From positions 13,454,001-13,518,000 of the forward strand of contig CM060731.1 in the NCBI GenBank assembly GCA_030704615.1: 64,000 nt of DNA. Reading direction: 5' to 3'. Positions 1 through 11,880 of this stretch are shown one piece after another. The notes below the pieces were generated by a model that saw nothing but the letters and a program-made list of their open reading frames with translations, made no database searches and was not told where the DNA came from. The DNA is from Takakia lepidozioides. Taxonomy: Eukaryota; Plantae; Bryophyta. Each line of letters begins with the position of its first letter. Position 1 is the stretch's first letter. Both the position numbers and the translations under genes were made by a program.

Positions 1-1961
1 CCATCAACGTTGCTGGCAGCAAGTCTTGCGGACTTCTTCCTCATATTCACCGCAACAATTTCCTTTGGTGGCTTCTGAATCAATAGAAACCCACACATGT
101 ACACAAAAGTCATGAATGGCCTGCAAGTATTGCATAATCGACTTGGAACAGCACAAGAATATAGGAACACGAGTACTTACCTTCCATACAACGGCCAATT
201 TTGTTGTTGAATCAATGTTCTTCCCTGCCCCAACAATAACCACTCATGTGCCCTTAGCCCCTGCCCCTATGTCTTGGGCACTCTGTCTAAGTTCACTGCC
301 GGTGTGATCCTCCAGTACAGGCACTCCCTTCTCAATAAGGGGGGATATGTCATCATTGGCACCATAATTAAGGCAAGGATCGTCACATGCCACGTTCTGA
401 ACTTTGTCCTCACCTGTGGCATCTTCTTCCACAATACTGCCCCATTTCCTTTGTCCACTGCCTCCACTGCTAGGAGGCTGCTCACCTGTACTTGTCATTT
501 CCACAGTAGTCGCAGGTGGGACAACACCATGAACAGGGGGCGACAACTCACACACAATGTTTGATGTTGATGGAGATTCATCTCTCGGCAGGTCCAAACC
601 GAGCTTCGCTGCCAATGCCATGTTGAACTTGTCTGTCTTAGATACTGCAGCGGAAAACATGGATTTCACTACCTGCAATTCCAATTTGTGCTCCATTGAG
701 CTGGCCTCCATTGTATGTTTCCATCCTTCCAAGCCATCAAGCCGAGAAGCCAATGCTCCAAGGCCCTGCCACAAAAAGAGTGCAAATACGATTCAATACA
801 TCTATCGCACTAGCCATGCGAGGTAATTTATTGGACAACAACACATGAAGGCAAAACCATAAATAATTGACAAGCACATCATTTCAACAAATGCAGGTGG
901 GTTAGTTACTTACAGATCGGGTGGCCCCTGCTGAATCAGAACCATACCCCTTGTTGCTATTCTTGCTCCCCGAAATTTCGGATAGAAGTGGAGGACGACC
1001 ACTTGTCTTAGCCTACACATGGACATGATATGGGAATATTAGTGCCATCCTCTAAGATGTACTCATAAGACGTTGTATCACGATTTGTGATATGATCATG
1101 ATGCCTATGGAATAATTGTGCACACCATGACGTCACAAATATGTGAAATCAACCGTAGCTTGCCTGTGGCATCTTCCGCATTTTTGTGGAATGACCTACA
1201 ACATCAGCAGTAGAATATTTCAGACCCACTATGGTATGCTCCTGTGGCTATGTGGAATGACCTACAGTATAGGCAGTAAAATACTACACACCCACTCCAC
1301 GCAGATTACGCCACGTGCCATCCTCTCCAAAATACACGCGTTGCCCATACCGTTGCCCACATGTCGTCAAGCCCAGGTAACAGGGTGTCGCATCATTTTC
1401 CCGTAGGTGTGGACAAGTCCACACCCTTTGTACGTTTAGGATCCACGTGGGGGTGTTTGCCACGGAACATGTGGCCCCCAAACTTGCTAAAGCTGTGAAA
1501 ACAGCCAGTGGATGGTCTCACACCGAATGGCTTTTTTCACACCCACATGCCACGCCAGATGTCCGCTCCACATAAGTGCACATCGCCTCTTTGTCTCCAT
1601 ACATGTGTCATCCCCACAAAAATACACGTGTTGCACACACCGTTGCCCAGATGTCGTGAAACCCTGGTGACAAGGCAGTCGCATGGTTTTCCCGTAGGTG
1701 TGGACAAGTCCACACCTTTGTACATCTACGATCCACGTGGCGATGTTCGCCAAAGCACACGTCGCTCGTGGAAAAAGCCATGAACCCCGTGAAAAAGGCC
1801 ACCCGTGGACTTCTCCACAAGGCCACCTGAGAGCTAGGCCGTCCACGGGGTGTCCGAAAGCACTCGTCGTTTCTTACACCCATGGCAGGTGTGGACTGGG
1901 GCGGATTCCACGGGAAAAAGTGTGAAAAAAGCCGTGGAAAAAGCCATTTTTTCTTCTAGTG
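1..1961 (-). mobile_element. One end of a CACTA (En/Spm) DNA transposon; the other end lies left of the window
   Basis: The plus strand ends ...GCCATTTTTTCTTCTAGTG at 1961, i.e. CACTAGAAGAAAAAATGGC on the minus strand, a CACTA terminus. It is preceded by subterminal repeats: a ~290-bp-period duplication (1329-1450 vs 1619-1740) with GTGGACAAGTCCAC and CCACGTGG palindromes. Confidence 0.75.
244..1013 (-). CDS. Spliced ORF fragment inside the CACTA end (coiled-coil, then low-complexity; unknown product, possibly a decayed accessory gene)
   Basis: Exon ~914-1013 (AKTSGRPPLLSEISGSKNSNKGYGSDSAGATRS) has an upstream AG and a GTAAGT donor. The acceptor TTTTTGTGGCAG at ~766 joins it in frame to GLGALASRLDGLEGWKH... 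Confidence 0.4.
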
Positions 1962-2672
1962 AGTGTATAGAAATTCGTATAATAAAGTCAGCGCCGATTA
2001 GCCCTCATAGTATCCAAATACAGTTAATTCACAGAACATTCACAAAATCTGATATGCATTCAATCACGCACCCACAAAGGATTAAGGATGGCAGATATGG
2101 GCCACCTGCATTAAAGATTGGATTTCAGTGAACTGGAGTGACATGTTTGTCCGATGTGATAATTAGGCGCCCACTTCGGACATAATCTCAAATCCGCCAA
2201 AAAGAAAATAAAGTGGAGCAAACACCATGTCGTTGGTGTTCGGAAAAGTGGGATTCGGCGTCGATTTCTAAATGTACCATGTGAAGATCAATGGAGGTTT
2301 CATTTGTTTGCTAACATCAAACAGACTGTCGATGTCACCCAACAAGCAATAGGAAACTGACATGGATAGTCGGCGCCGATTTTAGCCTACCACTGGAATC
2401 CCTAATTAGCAAGAGGGAAGATTTGGTGGGCATTCAAGCACATATCGACAGAATAGTACAGACGACATCATGGCTTGGCTGGGAAGTATGACACCAATTC
2501 TTAAACGTCAAAATGGCAATAGTTCAAGAGCAAAGTCCACAAGATTACACAGTTGAATAACACGAACACAGGAAAACGAGCTAAACTGCAGGCTCCATAT
2601 TGTTCCACCAACCTATATAAAATGAACATGGATGTGTGTGCACACAATGTTTGTATGCCTAAAAGGATTAAA

Positions 2673-3230
2673 TCAGTAGTTACGCCTGCAAAGTGTGCAC
2701 GAGGTGTTCTGCAGCAGCCAGATATCTATGCACCCAGAGTGAAAACAGTGCCCATGGTCAATCAAAGTACGCACCGACTCTACTAGCAATGGACACTCCC
2801 GACAAATACTACAGTCATCGTAAGCATGCCCTTCAGCAGAAACAACACACATAGGAAAAGCCGTTGAAATGAAATCCATTGTCCAACGCGGGTCTGAGTC
2901 GTCCACCTCCATCTCGCCAACGTCAAAGTCTCCACTTTCCAGTTTGTCCCTTTCTTCCGAGACGTCCGATAAGGAGGAATCAGATGAAGCTTCCAGCTGA
3001 GGGACTATAACTGCTTGAAGTGCTTCGTGTCTTGCAATGCAATCCTCTAGTATATGTGCTGGAATCGTAAAGTAATGTCGGTCAGACGTATTTCCAGCTG
3101 CAAAATGGCCATTGCTCGCACTAGCATCGTCGCCGACTATGGGTGCTGTTCGTCCAGCCGCAGGTTGCTCCAGCTGCCTCGCGTTTCTCACCTCACTCTC
3201 TCCATGACAAGAGCCTTCACCCTCCTCCAT
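2673..3230 (-). CDS. RING-H2 (ATL-like) zinc-finger ORF, degenerate
   Basis: C-terminal CSICRECPLLVESVRTLIDHGHCFHSGCIDIWLLQNTSCTLCRR matches RING-H2 spacing (H-x-F-H-x2-C-I-D-x-W-L...C-x2-C-R), but the third ligand is His instead of Cys. Confidence 0.6.
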   Translation of the reverse strand: MEEGEGSCHGESEVRNARQLEQPAAGRTAPIVGDDASASNGHFAAGNTSDRHYFTIPAHILEDCIARHEALQAVIVPQLEASSDSSLSDVSEERDKLESGDFDVGEMEVDDSDPRWTMDFISTAFPMCVVSAEGHAYDDCSICRECPLLVESVRTLIDHGHCFHSGCIDIWLLQNTSCTLCRRNY

Positions 3231-3299
3231 GGCAGCAAAATTTCGAGGTGGAACCGAATGAATCGCGATATCTGTACTCCTCTAAGTCCGGACCTCGTA

Positions 3300-3745
3300 T
3301 ATCCAATGGTGCAGGAGGATCAAGGTGTGGTCTTGCATGCATAGACTTGGATTCTGAGCAGGACTTCGATCAGAATTCAGTGCCCAAGCAGAATGAGAAG
3401 CCTGTTTTTGAGTCAGCTGTTTCATCAGCCATTTGGCATATCGCAAAAACAACGGATACATGTCGACGCCAGTGCTGGGCGATTAGAGCAGACAGTGGAG
3501 CCCCATGCAAACAGCCCATTCGACCTGCCAAATCCCTTGGTGTACCAGCACCCATATACAGTGGAATGTGGCATCCTTCATTTATGGTGAAGGAAACGCG
3601 TAAGGACTTCTAGTTCTGCCCCCATGACATTCACCAGTGTGTTCGTGGCAAACTTAGCAAATTCAATCGTGACTGCAGTGTCAGAGACATTAGTGCAGTC
3701 TTTGTTAACACGGATAAGAACATCACCGAAGGAAGTACTGCATGA
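3300..3745 (+). pseudogene. Disrupted Cys/His/Trp-rich ORF (WHIAK...C...CWA...C...PAPIYSGMW...F*FCPHDIHQCVRG)
   Basis: ORF 3143-3613 continues in frame past a TAG (probably from TGG) into FCPHDIHQCVRG. The spaced Cys/His/Trp pattern suggests a real, decayed domain, probably transposon-borne. Confidence 0.4.
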
Positions 3746-4168
3746 ATATCATATCCACGTACTTCCATTTGTAACACTTCCATTCATGAAGTAATGCTGT
3801 TCGGAAACGATCGGGATCCGCAGATAGTGGCCAGTCCTGATCCATTATACGTACATTGAACATTCGCCCACCACCACTACCGAGGTCGTCGCGCCACTCC
3901 TCGAAATCATCCAGTGTCCATTCATGGCAAAACAACGAAAATGAATTCTCAATGCGGTGGAATAAGGCAAGTGTGTCCTGTAGAGGAACAACTATATCAC
4001 CATTGCGTGCAAAGTATCCACCCTCCTCCTCGCCCCATGGGCATCTTGTAGAACCACAAACCATACTTCAAAAGGAGACGTTCATGTAAAGTGAGAAATG
4101 AGAAAGTGTTCCCAACGAATGAGCGTTTCCTCAGAAATAGGAACCTTTATAGTAATGTGAGAGCCAAC

Positions 4169-5153
4169 TGTCGCGCGGTTTTTACTCACCCATCCCTTCG
4201 CTATCCGAGGCAGAAACTCCAAGATAGAAGAGTTGGAAATCTCTAAGTACTCAGCCCGCTCAGAACAATCAGTCATGACCTACAGCTAGTGTATCATGGG
4301 GTGTTTCCTATTTGTTTTCCTTCCCACATTCATGTTAGCTAGTTACCTTACTGCTGGTAATTAAGTATCAGTTTGCTTCATCAATTTATCGGATTCCATC
4401 AACTCATCAATTCATTCCACAGCTTCACTCAGATCTCTCTACACAGTGTGAGTATGAGGTGTGTATCAGATTAATATCTATCAAGTATCAGGCTGAAGCC
4501 ATGGAGTCTCTAATCTGCTCTACATTACAATTCTACTGCCTGCATTCATTAAGCATCAACAGATCCTCCTCCTACTCCGTGCTCTCCATCTTTCTGCTCA
4601 AAGATACACTCTCACCTCCTTTCCCCCAATGATGTCCGAAGTCTCTCCAAGAAGTGCTCCTTCCCACTCCTTCCAGCAGTGATCCCCCCCCCCCCGAAGT
4701 GCTCCAAAAATGATCCCCTTTTCAGTCCTTGCTTCTAGCTTTATCTTCCTACCCGTTGTTCTAACCGTTTCCCTCATTAACCGTCGTCCGTGAACTAACA
4801 TGTTCCATTCGCAGGTGTTGTTCCCCACAGTCGTTCCCTGTCCGGCTATCCGTTCCCTATGGTCGTGACAGCTGTGTCAAGCTGTGACTGGCTGTGTGAA
4901 ACTGTGACGGGCTGTGACGGGCTGTGTTGGCTGTGATGGGCTGTGTCGGCTGTGACGAGTTGTGTTGACTGTGTCTGGCTGTGTCGGCTGTGTTGGCTGT
5001 GACGGGCTGTGTTGGTTGTGACGGGCTGTGTCACCCCCCCCTAAAGTGCGCTGTTGTCACCCCTAAGGCTCCTGTTGGTCTCAGTCTGTGCAAAAATTAA
5101 GGGTACCCCACAGATCCCGTTTAAGTGTCTAAGTCCCAGACAGTCCTCTAACA
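4169..5153 (-). repeat. 3' LTR (985 bp)
   Basis: TGTCGCGCGG...CTCTAACA; near-identical to 9068-10188; contains a GGCTGT-rich minisatellite at ~4866-5031. Confidence 0.95.
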
Positions 5154-5172
5154 TTACCCCTTCCCCTCTCAA
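5154..5172 (-). other. Polypurine tract (PPT)
   Basis: Minus strand GAGAGGGGAAGGGGTAA directly precedes the 3' LTR. Confidence 0.9.
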
Positions 5173-5321
5173 AAAGCCGTGTCCTCACGGTTTACTGATT
5201 GGGATTAGCAATCCTTTGTGAGCGAGCACCTTTCTGACGTTGAGAGTTTCGTGGCGGACTGTGTGTACGAGCCCGAGGTCTGTCACTGATTCTATGGATT
5301 GTGTAACCCTAGTAGGCTGTG

Positions 5322-6779
5322 TTAAGCTGTGATAGGCTGTGTCATACTGTGGTATGCCGTGATAGGCTGTGATACACTGTGGTAAGCTGTGATAGGCTGT
5401 GATGCACTGTGGTAGGTCGTGATAGGCTGTGATACACTGTGGTAAGCTATGATAGGCTGTGATGCACTGTGGTAGGTCGTGATAGGCTGTGTTGCGCCGT
5501 GCTGGGCTGTGATATGTTGTGTCACGTCGTGATGGGCTGTGATAGGCTGTGTCACGTCGTGATGGGTTGTGATAGGCTGTGTCTCGCTTGTTCTGCCCGC
5601 CTGGTCATATATGCTCGGCCTAGCGACAAGTGCTCCATACTCCGTTGGTAACACTGGCGCAGCCCGTGACTGCTTTTGCTTTTCAACATGCAAATCATGC
5701 TGCAATGGTTTGTCATGGATACCACAGTACCCCTTCAACTTATTAGCATTGACTCTTCCCATCATCTCTTTGTTAATGGTTTGTAACATGGCGGTGTTGT
5801 TATCATACATCTTTTGTATGACATAAGGTCCTTTCCATGGTGATTTAAGCTTAGAAGCTTTAATCTTTCCCTTCTTTTGCAACCATAGAACCAAATCTCC
5901 CGTCTTAAAAGTCTTTAACTTGCCTTTATCAAACTGTTCCTTCCTCTTCATCTGAATTCTGGTCATATTATCAGCCGCATCAGCACGTACTTCTTCCACA
6001 TGGTATAATTCATGTTTCCTGACTTTAATGGAATCTTGCAATTCCATTCTCTTTCCCCATTCCGTTCTCATGGTAGGTAACAGGAATTCCACTGGAAGTA
6101 AGGCTTCCATACCATAAACTAATTGGAATGGTGTATACTTAGTGGTGACTTTATATGAAGTCCTGTATGACCACAAAGCTGTCAGCAGCTTTGTATTCCA
6201 ATCCGTTCTGTTTGCATTGACTATCTTAGCCAAGATAATACATAGTATTTTGTTGGTAGCCTCTGTCTGCCCATTACCCTGTGGGTAATATGTTGTACTC
6301 TTCCTATGCACAATCATGAACTCTTTAGTCAACAATTCAATGGTCTCATTAATGAAGTGACTTCCTTGATCACTGATAAATTCCAAGGGACAGCCAAATC
6401 GTGTAAGTATGTTCTCATACAGAAACCTTGCTGTGGACTTGGCTGTGTTGTCCCTCAAAGCTTTAGCTTCCACCCACTTCGTAGTATAATCAGTGGCTGT
6501 AATTATGTACCTGTTCTGTGTATTCTTGGCTGGTGGGTTAATTGGTCCAACAAAGTCTAGTCCCCATTTCTGAAATGGTTCCGTAGGCATTGTAGGATGC
6601 AAAGATATTTTCCCAGATCTCTGCAAAGGTCCCAGCCTCTGACATTCATCACAACTCTGACAATACTTGTGTACATCTTTGAACAAAGTAGGCCACCAGT
6701 AACCTGCATGTAGTATTTTCCTGCTGGTAGTCTCTTCTCCAAAATGACCTCCTGCCACTCTTTTATGAACTTCCTCCAA
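5322..6779 (-). CDS. Retrotransposon integrase (H2C2 zinc finger, DDE core, GPY module, repetitive tail)
   Basis: H..GGHFG...C..C zinc finger; GLDFVG (D), ISDQG (D), GQTEATN (E); KLKSPWKGPY; no chromodomain. The ORF-track start is a TTG, not an ATG. Confidence 0.92.
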   Translation of the reverse strand: MEEVHKRVAGGHFGEETTSRKILHAGYWWPTLFKDVHKYCQSCDECQRLGPLQRSGKISLHPTMPTEPFQKWGLDFVGPINPPAKNTQNRYIITATDYTTKWVEAKALRDNTAKSTARFLYENILTRFGCPLEFISDQGSHFINETIELLTKEFMIVHRKSTTYYPQGNGQTEATNKILCIILAKIVNANRTDWNTKLLTALWSYRTSYKVTTKYTPFQLVYGMEALLPVEFLLPTMRTEWGKRMELQDSIKVRKHELYHVEEVRADAADNMTRIQMKRKEQFDKGKLKTFKTGDLVLWLQKKGKIKASKLKSPWKGPYVIQKMYDNNTAMLQTINKEMMGRVNANKLKGYCGIHDKPLQHDLHVEKQKQSRAAPVLPTEYGALVARPSIYDQAGRTSETQPITTHHDVTQPITAHHDVTQHITAQHGATQPITTYHSASQPIIAYHSVSQPITTYHSASQPITAYHSVSQPITAYHSMTQPITA

Positions 6780-8733
6780 AACTTTCTACTACTGGAGGTA
6801 TTAGTTTGGCTTTACTTCTTGTTACTATCATTGTACTTACTTTTGGTACAACACATGGCCTAACCATGTGAGCTGCCACCACTGGGCCCTCATTCACAGG
6901 AGCTCTCATCTCATTCTGGTGTCTAATCCAGAATGAACAGGCTGCCTTGCGATGTCCTGGCTGATTACAATAGTAACATAGTTCTTCACCATTGGGTCCT
7001 CGCCCTTGGTCTGCTCTTGGATTATTTTTGTAATCCTGATTCCCAGGCTGGTAATTCCCCCTTGGATTACCCTGATAGTTGCCTCTGGAATTTCCTTGGT
7101 AATTCCCTCTTGAATTACCTCTCCCTTCCATGCCATTGTTATAACCACCAGACCTACCATAGTGGTCCTGATCATTGTTTCTTCTTGGCTGGGGCTGCAC
7201 CTGATGCACCCTTACTTGCCTAGGTTCTCTTGCAACTGTCCTTCTGTTGTTGTAACAAATCTCAGTAGAATGGTTATCCATTTTACAGATAGTATAGTGT
7301 TTCTCCTTCATGTGGCATTCTGTGGTGGTATGGCCTTCATTTTGGCACTTTGCACACCATACACCCTTCCTCCAATGTGTTGCAGCCTCTGTGGTATACT
7401 TCTTCAAGATTTCTTCCAATCTTTTCTCATAGTTATCCCTCTTCAACTTCTCCTTTCTCTTACTCTTCCTTTTTAGTTCTTGCTCTTCTTCTTCATCTGA
7501 CTCATCCTCAGAGTCCTCATCATCCCTTTTCTCTCTCCTGAGCATCCCCAATTGCTCAATTCTGTTTGCAGTTTCAAATGCCTCCTCCACTGTATTATGG
7601 GGTAACATATCCACTTTCTTTTGCAACTCCGGTCTTAGTCCACTCACAAACCAAGTCTTCTGTAACCCTGGTGCTGGTACTGCAGCCAGCTTTTTCATCA
7701 TCAATTCCATCTTTTCCATATACTCCTCAACAGTTTCATGCTTCTTTTGCTTTAACTGTTGTAAACTCCCATACACTTCATCCTCAGTTTTACTTGTCCT
7801 GAACCTATTTCGGAATGCTGTATTCAAGCCATTCCAGGTTAGGAAATGATTATCAGGGAATCTTGCATATCATTCACTTGCTTTCTTTATAAGTGAACAA
7901 GGAAACAATCTCATCTTGGCATCATCGCCATTCTCATTGTTCACTATACACATGTGCTCAAATTGGCTAATGTGTACATCGGGATCCCCTTTTCCTGAAT
8001 ATATTGGAAAAGGTGGTTTTGCCCGTGTTGGTTGTAACGCCATCTGTGGCCCTACTTTCTGCCCACTGACAGGTGCTGGCACCCTTGCTGGTGCTGGTCC
8101 TTCTGGACCTGTTGTTGTTGTGGTGGATCGTCCACCAAGTGGTGGCCCTTGAGCACTCCCTGCTTCTGGCCCCACGATATTCACAGTATTCCCAGCTTCA
8201 GTTGCACTACTTCCCACACTCCCTGTCCCCCTAGAGCCAGATCCAGGCAGCCCGCCTGATCCCCCTGAGCCGACACCTTCGTTGGCCTGTGATCCAAGTG
8301 ATCCACTTGATCCAGGTCCAACAGGTTGGGATGTCCTGGTTGTAGTCTCAACCTCAGCTGTTGGGTCTACTTCTTCATATTCTTCCTCTTCCAATTTCTT
8401 CTCTCTGTTTTCATCCTCCAAGTTCTGCCCTTGGGTTTCTTCTTCACTCATGTAACTCAACTGTAATGGTGTTGGAGAGTCTGAACTCTCCGTTGGCTCT
8501 GCCACATCATCTCCTCCTTCTTCACCTTCCGCTTTAGAAACTGGAGTTCCTGCTTTTGGTGTTCCATGCCAACTCTTATCAAAGATTTCTGTCAAATCTT
8601 TTATCCAGGGATGTACCTCAGATCTTTCACCTCGTGATTGATCTTCTTCCTGTACCAATTCCCTTAATCTTTCTTGCAAAGAAACAGAAGGAGTGACATC
8701 CAACTCTAGTTCTTCCGGTATGGCAGCCTTCAA
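6763..8733 (-). pseudogene. Retrotransposon gag with one in-frame nonsense codon
   Basis: ORFs 7870-8733 and 6763-7827 are in the same frame, separated by TGA in KKASE*YARF (probably W). Capsid-like YSGKGDPDVHI...FPCSL and LKQKKHETVEEY...FVSGL; knuckles CAKCQNEGHTTTEC and CYYCNQPGHRKAAC plus a degenerate third. Confidence 0.9.
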
Positions 8734-9047
8734 ACTCTACTCACTTAATGGATAGCAATGCTATCACATAAACCAATGTTGGTAACCAACGTGCTCTTCC
8801 TCTACAGGCCACCTGATAAATCTTTATCACTCCTTTCTCCAGACCCCACTCTGGGTCAGCATCATGCACTCTCTTAAGAATGTTTTCTTTACAACCGTCT
8901 GGCAATTCCAAAAACCTCTGGAAGAATCGTTTGGACAATCTTTCCTTCTCAGTTTCACAAGGAATTTGATTCACATCAAATTCTTTAATTCTCCATCCAC
9001 CATGATCCCACCAGATGCCTGTCACATCTGGTTGTTCATGACCCAGA

Positions 9048-9065
9048 TCCCCAGTATGATCGCCA
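9048..9065 (-). other. Primer-binding site (probably tRNA-Arg)
   Basis: Minus strand TGGCGATCATACTGGGGA begins 2 nt after the 5' LTR; its TGG complements tRNA CCA. The Arg assignment is from memory and unverified. Confidence 0.75.
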
Positions 9066-9067
9066 AA

Positions 9068-10188
9068 TGTCGCGCGGCTTTTACTCACCCATCCCTTCGC
9101 TATCCGAAGCGGAAACTCCAAGATAGAAGAGTTGGAAATCTCTAAGTACTCAGCCCGCTCAGAACAATCAGTCATGACCTACAGCTAGTGTATCATGGGG
9201 GTGTTTCCTATTTGTTTTCCTTCCCGCATTCATGTTAGCTAGTTACCTTACTGCTGGTAATTAAGTATCAGTTTGCTTCATCAATTTATCGGATTCCATC
9301 AACTCATCAATTCATTCCACAGCTTCACTCAGATCTCTCTACACAGTGTGAGTATGAGGTGTGTATCAGATTAATATCTATCAAGTATCAGGCTGAAGCC
9401 ATGGAGTCTCTAATCTACTCTACATTACAATTCTACTGCCTGCATTCATTAAGCATCAACAGATCCTCCTCCTACTCCGTGCTCTCCATCTTTCTGCTGA
9501 GAGATACACTCTCTCCTCCTTTCCCCCAGTGATGTCCGAAGTCTCTCCAAGAAGTGCTCCTTCCCCCTCCTTCCAGCAGTGATCCCCCCCCCCCCCCCGA
9601 AGTGCTCCAAAAATGATCCCCTTTTCAGTCCTTGCTTCTAGCTTTATCTTCCTACCCGTTGTTCTAACCGTTTCCCTCATTAACCGTCGTCCGTGAACTA
9701 ACATGTTCCATTCGCAGGTGTTGTTCTCCACAGTCGTTCCCTGTCCGGCTATCCGTTCCCTATGGTCGTGACAGCTGTGTCAAGCTGTGACTGGCTGTGT
9801 GAAACTGTGACGGGCTGTGACGGGCTGTGTTGGCTGTGATGGGCTGTGTCGGCTATGACGAGCTGTGTTGACTGTGTCTGGCTGTGTCGGCTGTATCGGC
9901 TGTGTTGGCTGTGACGGGCTGTGTCGGCTGTGACGAGCTGTGTTGACTGTGTCTGGCTGTGTCGGCTGTGTCGGCTGTGTTGGCTGTGACGAGCTGTGTT
10001 GACTCTGTCTGGCTGTGTCGGCTGTGTTGGCTGTGACGGGCTGTGTTGGTTGTGACGGGCTGTGTCACCCCCCCCCTAAAGTGCGCTGTTGTCACCCCTA
10101 AGGCTCCTGTTGGTATCAGTCTGTGCAAAAATTAAGGGTACCCCACAGATCCCGTATAAGTGTCTAAGTCCCAAACAGTCCTCTAACA
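9068..10188 (-). repeat. 5' LTR (1121 bp)
   Basis: Same termini as 4169-5153; 136 bp longer, almost entirely from a longer GGCTGT minisatellite (~9773-10065). Confidence 0.95.
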
Positions 10189-11399
10189 CCAACGGTAATC
10201 CAAATGGTACCGAAAAGACCACGAGCCACAGGAATGGATGATAAATGTCCAACAGGGAAAAAATGGATCATCCCAATGGATGAATGAACGGATGGATTCA
10301 GTTTGTCAGGACGACTGTGAGTTCCTTGGGAACATTATGAAATTGTGGATTTTTTCGTGACAACCGAAATATTGTACTGAACGTAAAATGGGATACGGTC
10401 TACCTGAGGTCACGTTAAATGAAATCGGTCATTTATGTACAATGCACACGTATAGTAACAGAATTAAAAACCTATGAAGCACTTATACAATTCGGCGCTG
10501 ACTTACACTATGATATGTACTCGACTGAGGTGTTCGAAATTACACATTCGTGAATGACATTGGGTACCTACAAAACGACATTTATCCAGGAACAATAACG
10601 ATGCTCACTGTTTATGAGAAATCGGCGCCGATTTCACTTTCAGCTACTCCAATTTACGTGTAGTGGTCTGTTAAACCTGAATTTGAAAAAGAATTTGGCT
10701 GCCATTATTCCCTTTTGCAGGGAAATTGAAAAGAAAGGGATTTATACATTTAGCAAAATAGCAAATTCGGCGCCGATTTGCCTTCCCATCTGACGGCATG
10801 ATTTTGACATGTCATTCCCATCGTTTGCAAATTGCCATTTTGGTGCAGCTTTGAACGGGAATTGGCGTCGATTTCCAGTTTCACCATCAACGGAGTTTAT
10901 GGCGCATATTCTCCAGTGTGAAATCGGCGCCAACTCCCTTTACAGGTTACCAATGACTAAGTCTGCGGGCATTTGAACTGAAACTCAAGTGAGGCGATTG
11001 GAAACCGGAAATCGGCGCCGATTTGCCCCGATAGGATTTGGAAATGGTTTCTGCATTCATCCTTTCCATATTGTCTAAAACCCGTCAGACAACACTTCGC
11101 ACGTGTGCGTCTCGCTCCTAGACACTATGGACTTGTAAGTGTCTGAGGTGCGCATTGTGTACATCTCATCTTGAGAGTAGAAGTGTTTTTTTGCATCATG
11201 AGTCGTGTTAGGCACCTATAGGGCCAGCCAAGTTGCCAACTTTCAAGTTGGAAGTTACAATAGCCATTGGAATTTGAAAATTGGAGGTTCCAAATTCCAA
11301 TGGCTATTTCATTGCAGTTTTTTCAATTTGCAAAATCCATTCCCATTGCGTGGGCCCTACATGCAGCCCCTCAGTGTATTCGGAGCAAAATGTGTCTGA

Positions 11400-11880
11400 T
11401 GTGGTATACTCTAAGTTAGTGACATGCCCCGCCATGCTGAAGCTTATTGTGGAGCGTGTTGAGCTTAAGTATTGGTCTGGTCATGAACGAAGGATTCAAG
11501 GACATGTGCATTGACCGGATCATGTATAAGGTGTACACACATACTCAGCACGCTGTCTTACCAGGGCCTAGCTCAAAGTGCCAGCGTTCAGAAGTCCTTT
11601 AGATGCTCAATGTTTATCTTAGGTATCATCAAGGATGCCTTATTTTCCATGCCCAATCAGGATTCACATGAGTTTTTTGCTGCTTGGCTTACATTAATTA
11701 GCCTAAGTTGGCAAAATGTGTTGGTTATTCCTGCCAGCACAGCTATTTGCGAACGTGGGTTCTCAAAGTAAAATTGGGTGAATATGTGCGAGTTTCTTTA
11801 TGTGGGCTCGAAGTGGAACCATGGATTGGACTTCCATTTTTGAGATTTGGAGTGGCACGAAGAACCGAGAAATAGATTCA
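11400..11880 (+). mobile_element. hAT transposase remnant (C-terminal dimerisation domain)
   Basis: WQNVLVIPASTAICERGFSK matches the hAT dimerisation motif (P.S...ER.FS); flanks are disrupted. Confidence 0.7.

Larger units (their letters stand above)
4169..10188 (-). mobile_element. Complete non-autonomous Ty3/Gypsy LTR retrotransposon (non-chromovirus type) encoding only Gag and integrase
   Basis: TG...CA LTRs at 4169-5153 and 9068-10188; perfect 5-bp TSD CCAAC (4164-4168, 10189-10193); PBS next to the right LTR, PPT next to the left LTR; gag with CCHC knuckles and an integrase with a GPY module; no PR, RT or RNase H. Confidence 0.95.

Noticed and set aside
4846-5034. His/Ser/Gln-rich ORFs here and at 9853-10128
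   Set aside because: They are translations of the LTR minisatellite, not genes.
10645-10665. CACTACACGTAAA (minus strand) as a second CACTA terminus
   Set aside because: The palindromic repeats continue beyond it and no partner TIR or TSD was found.
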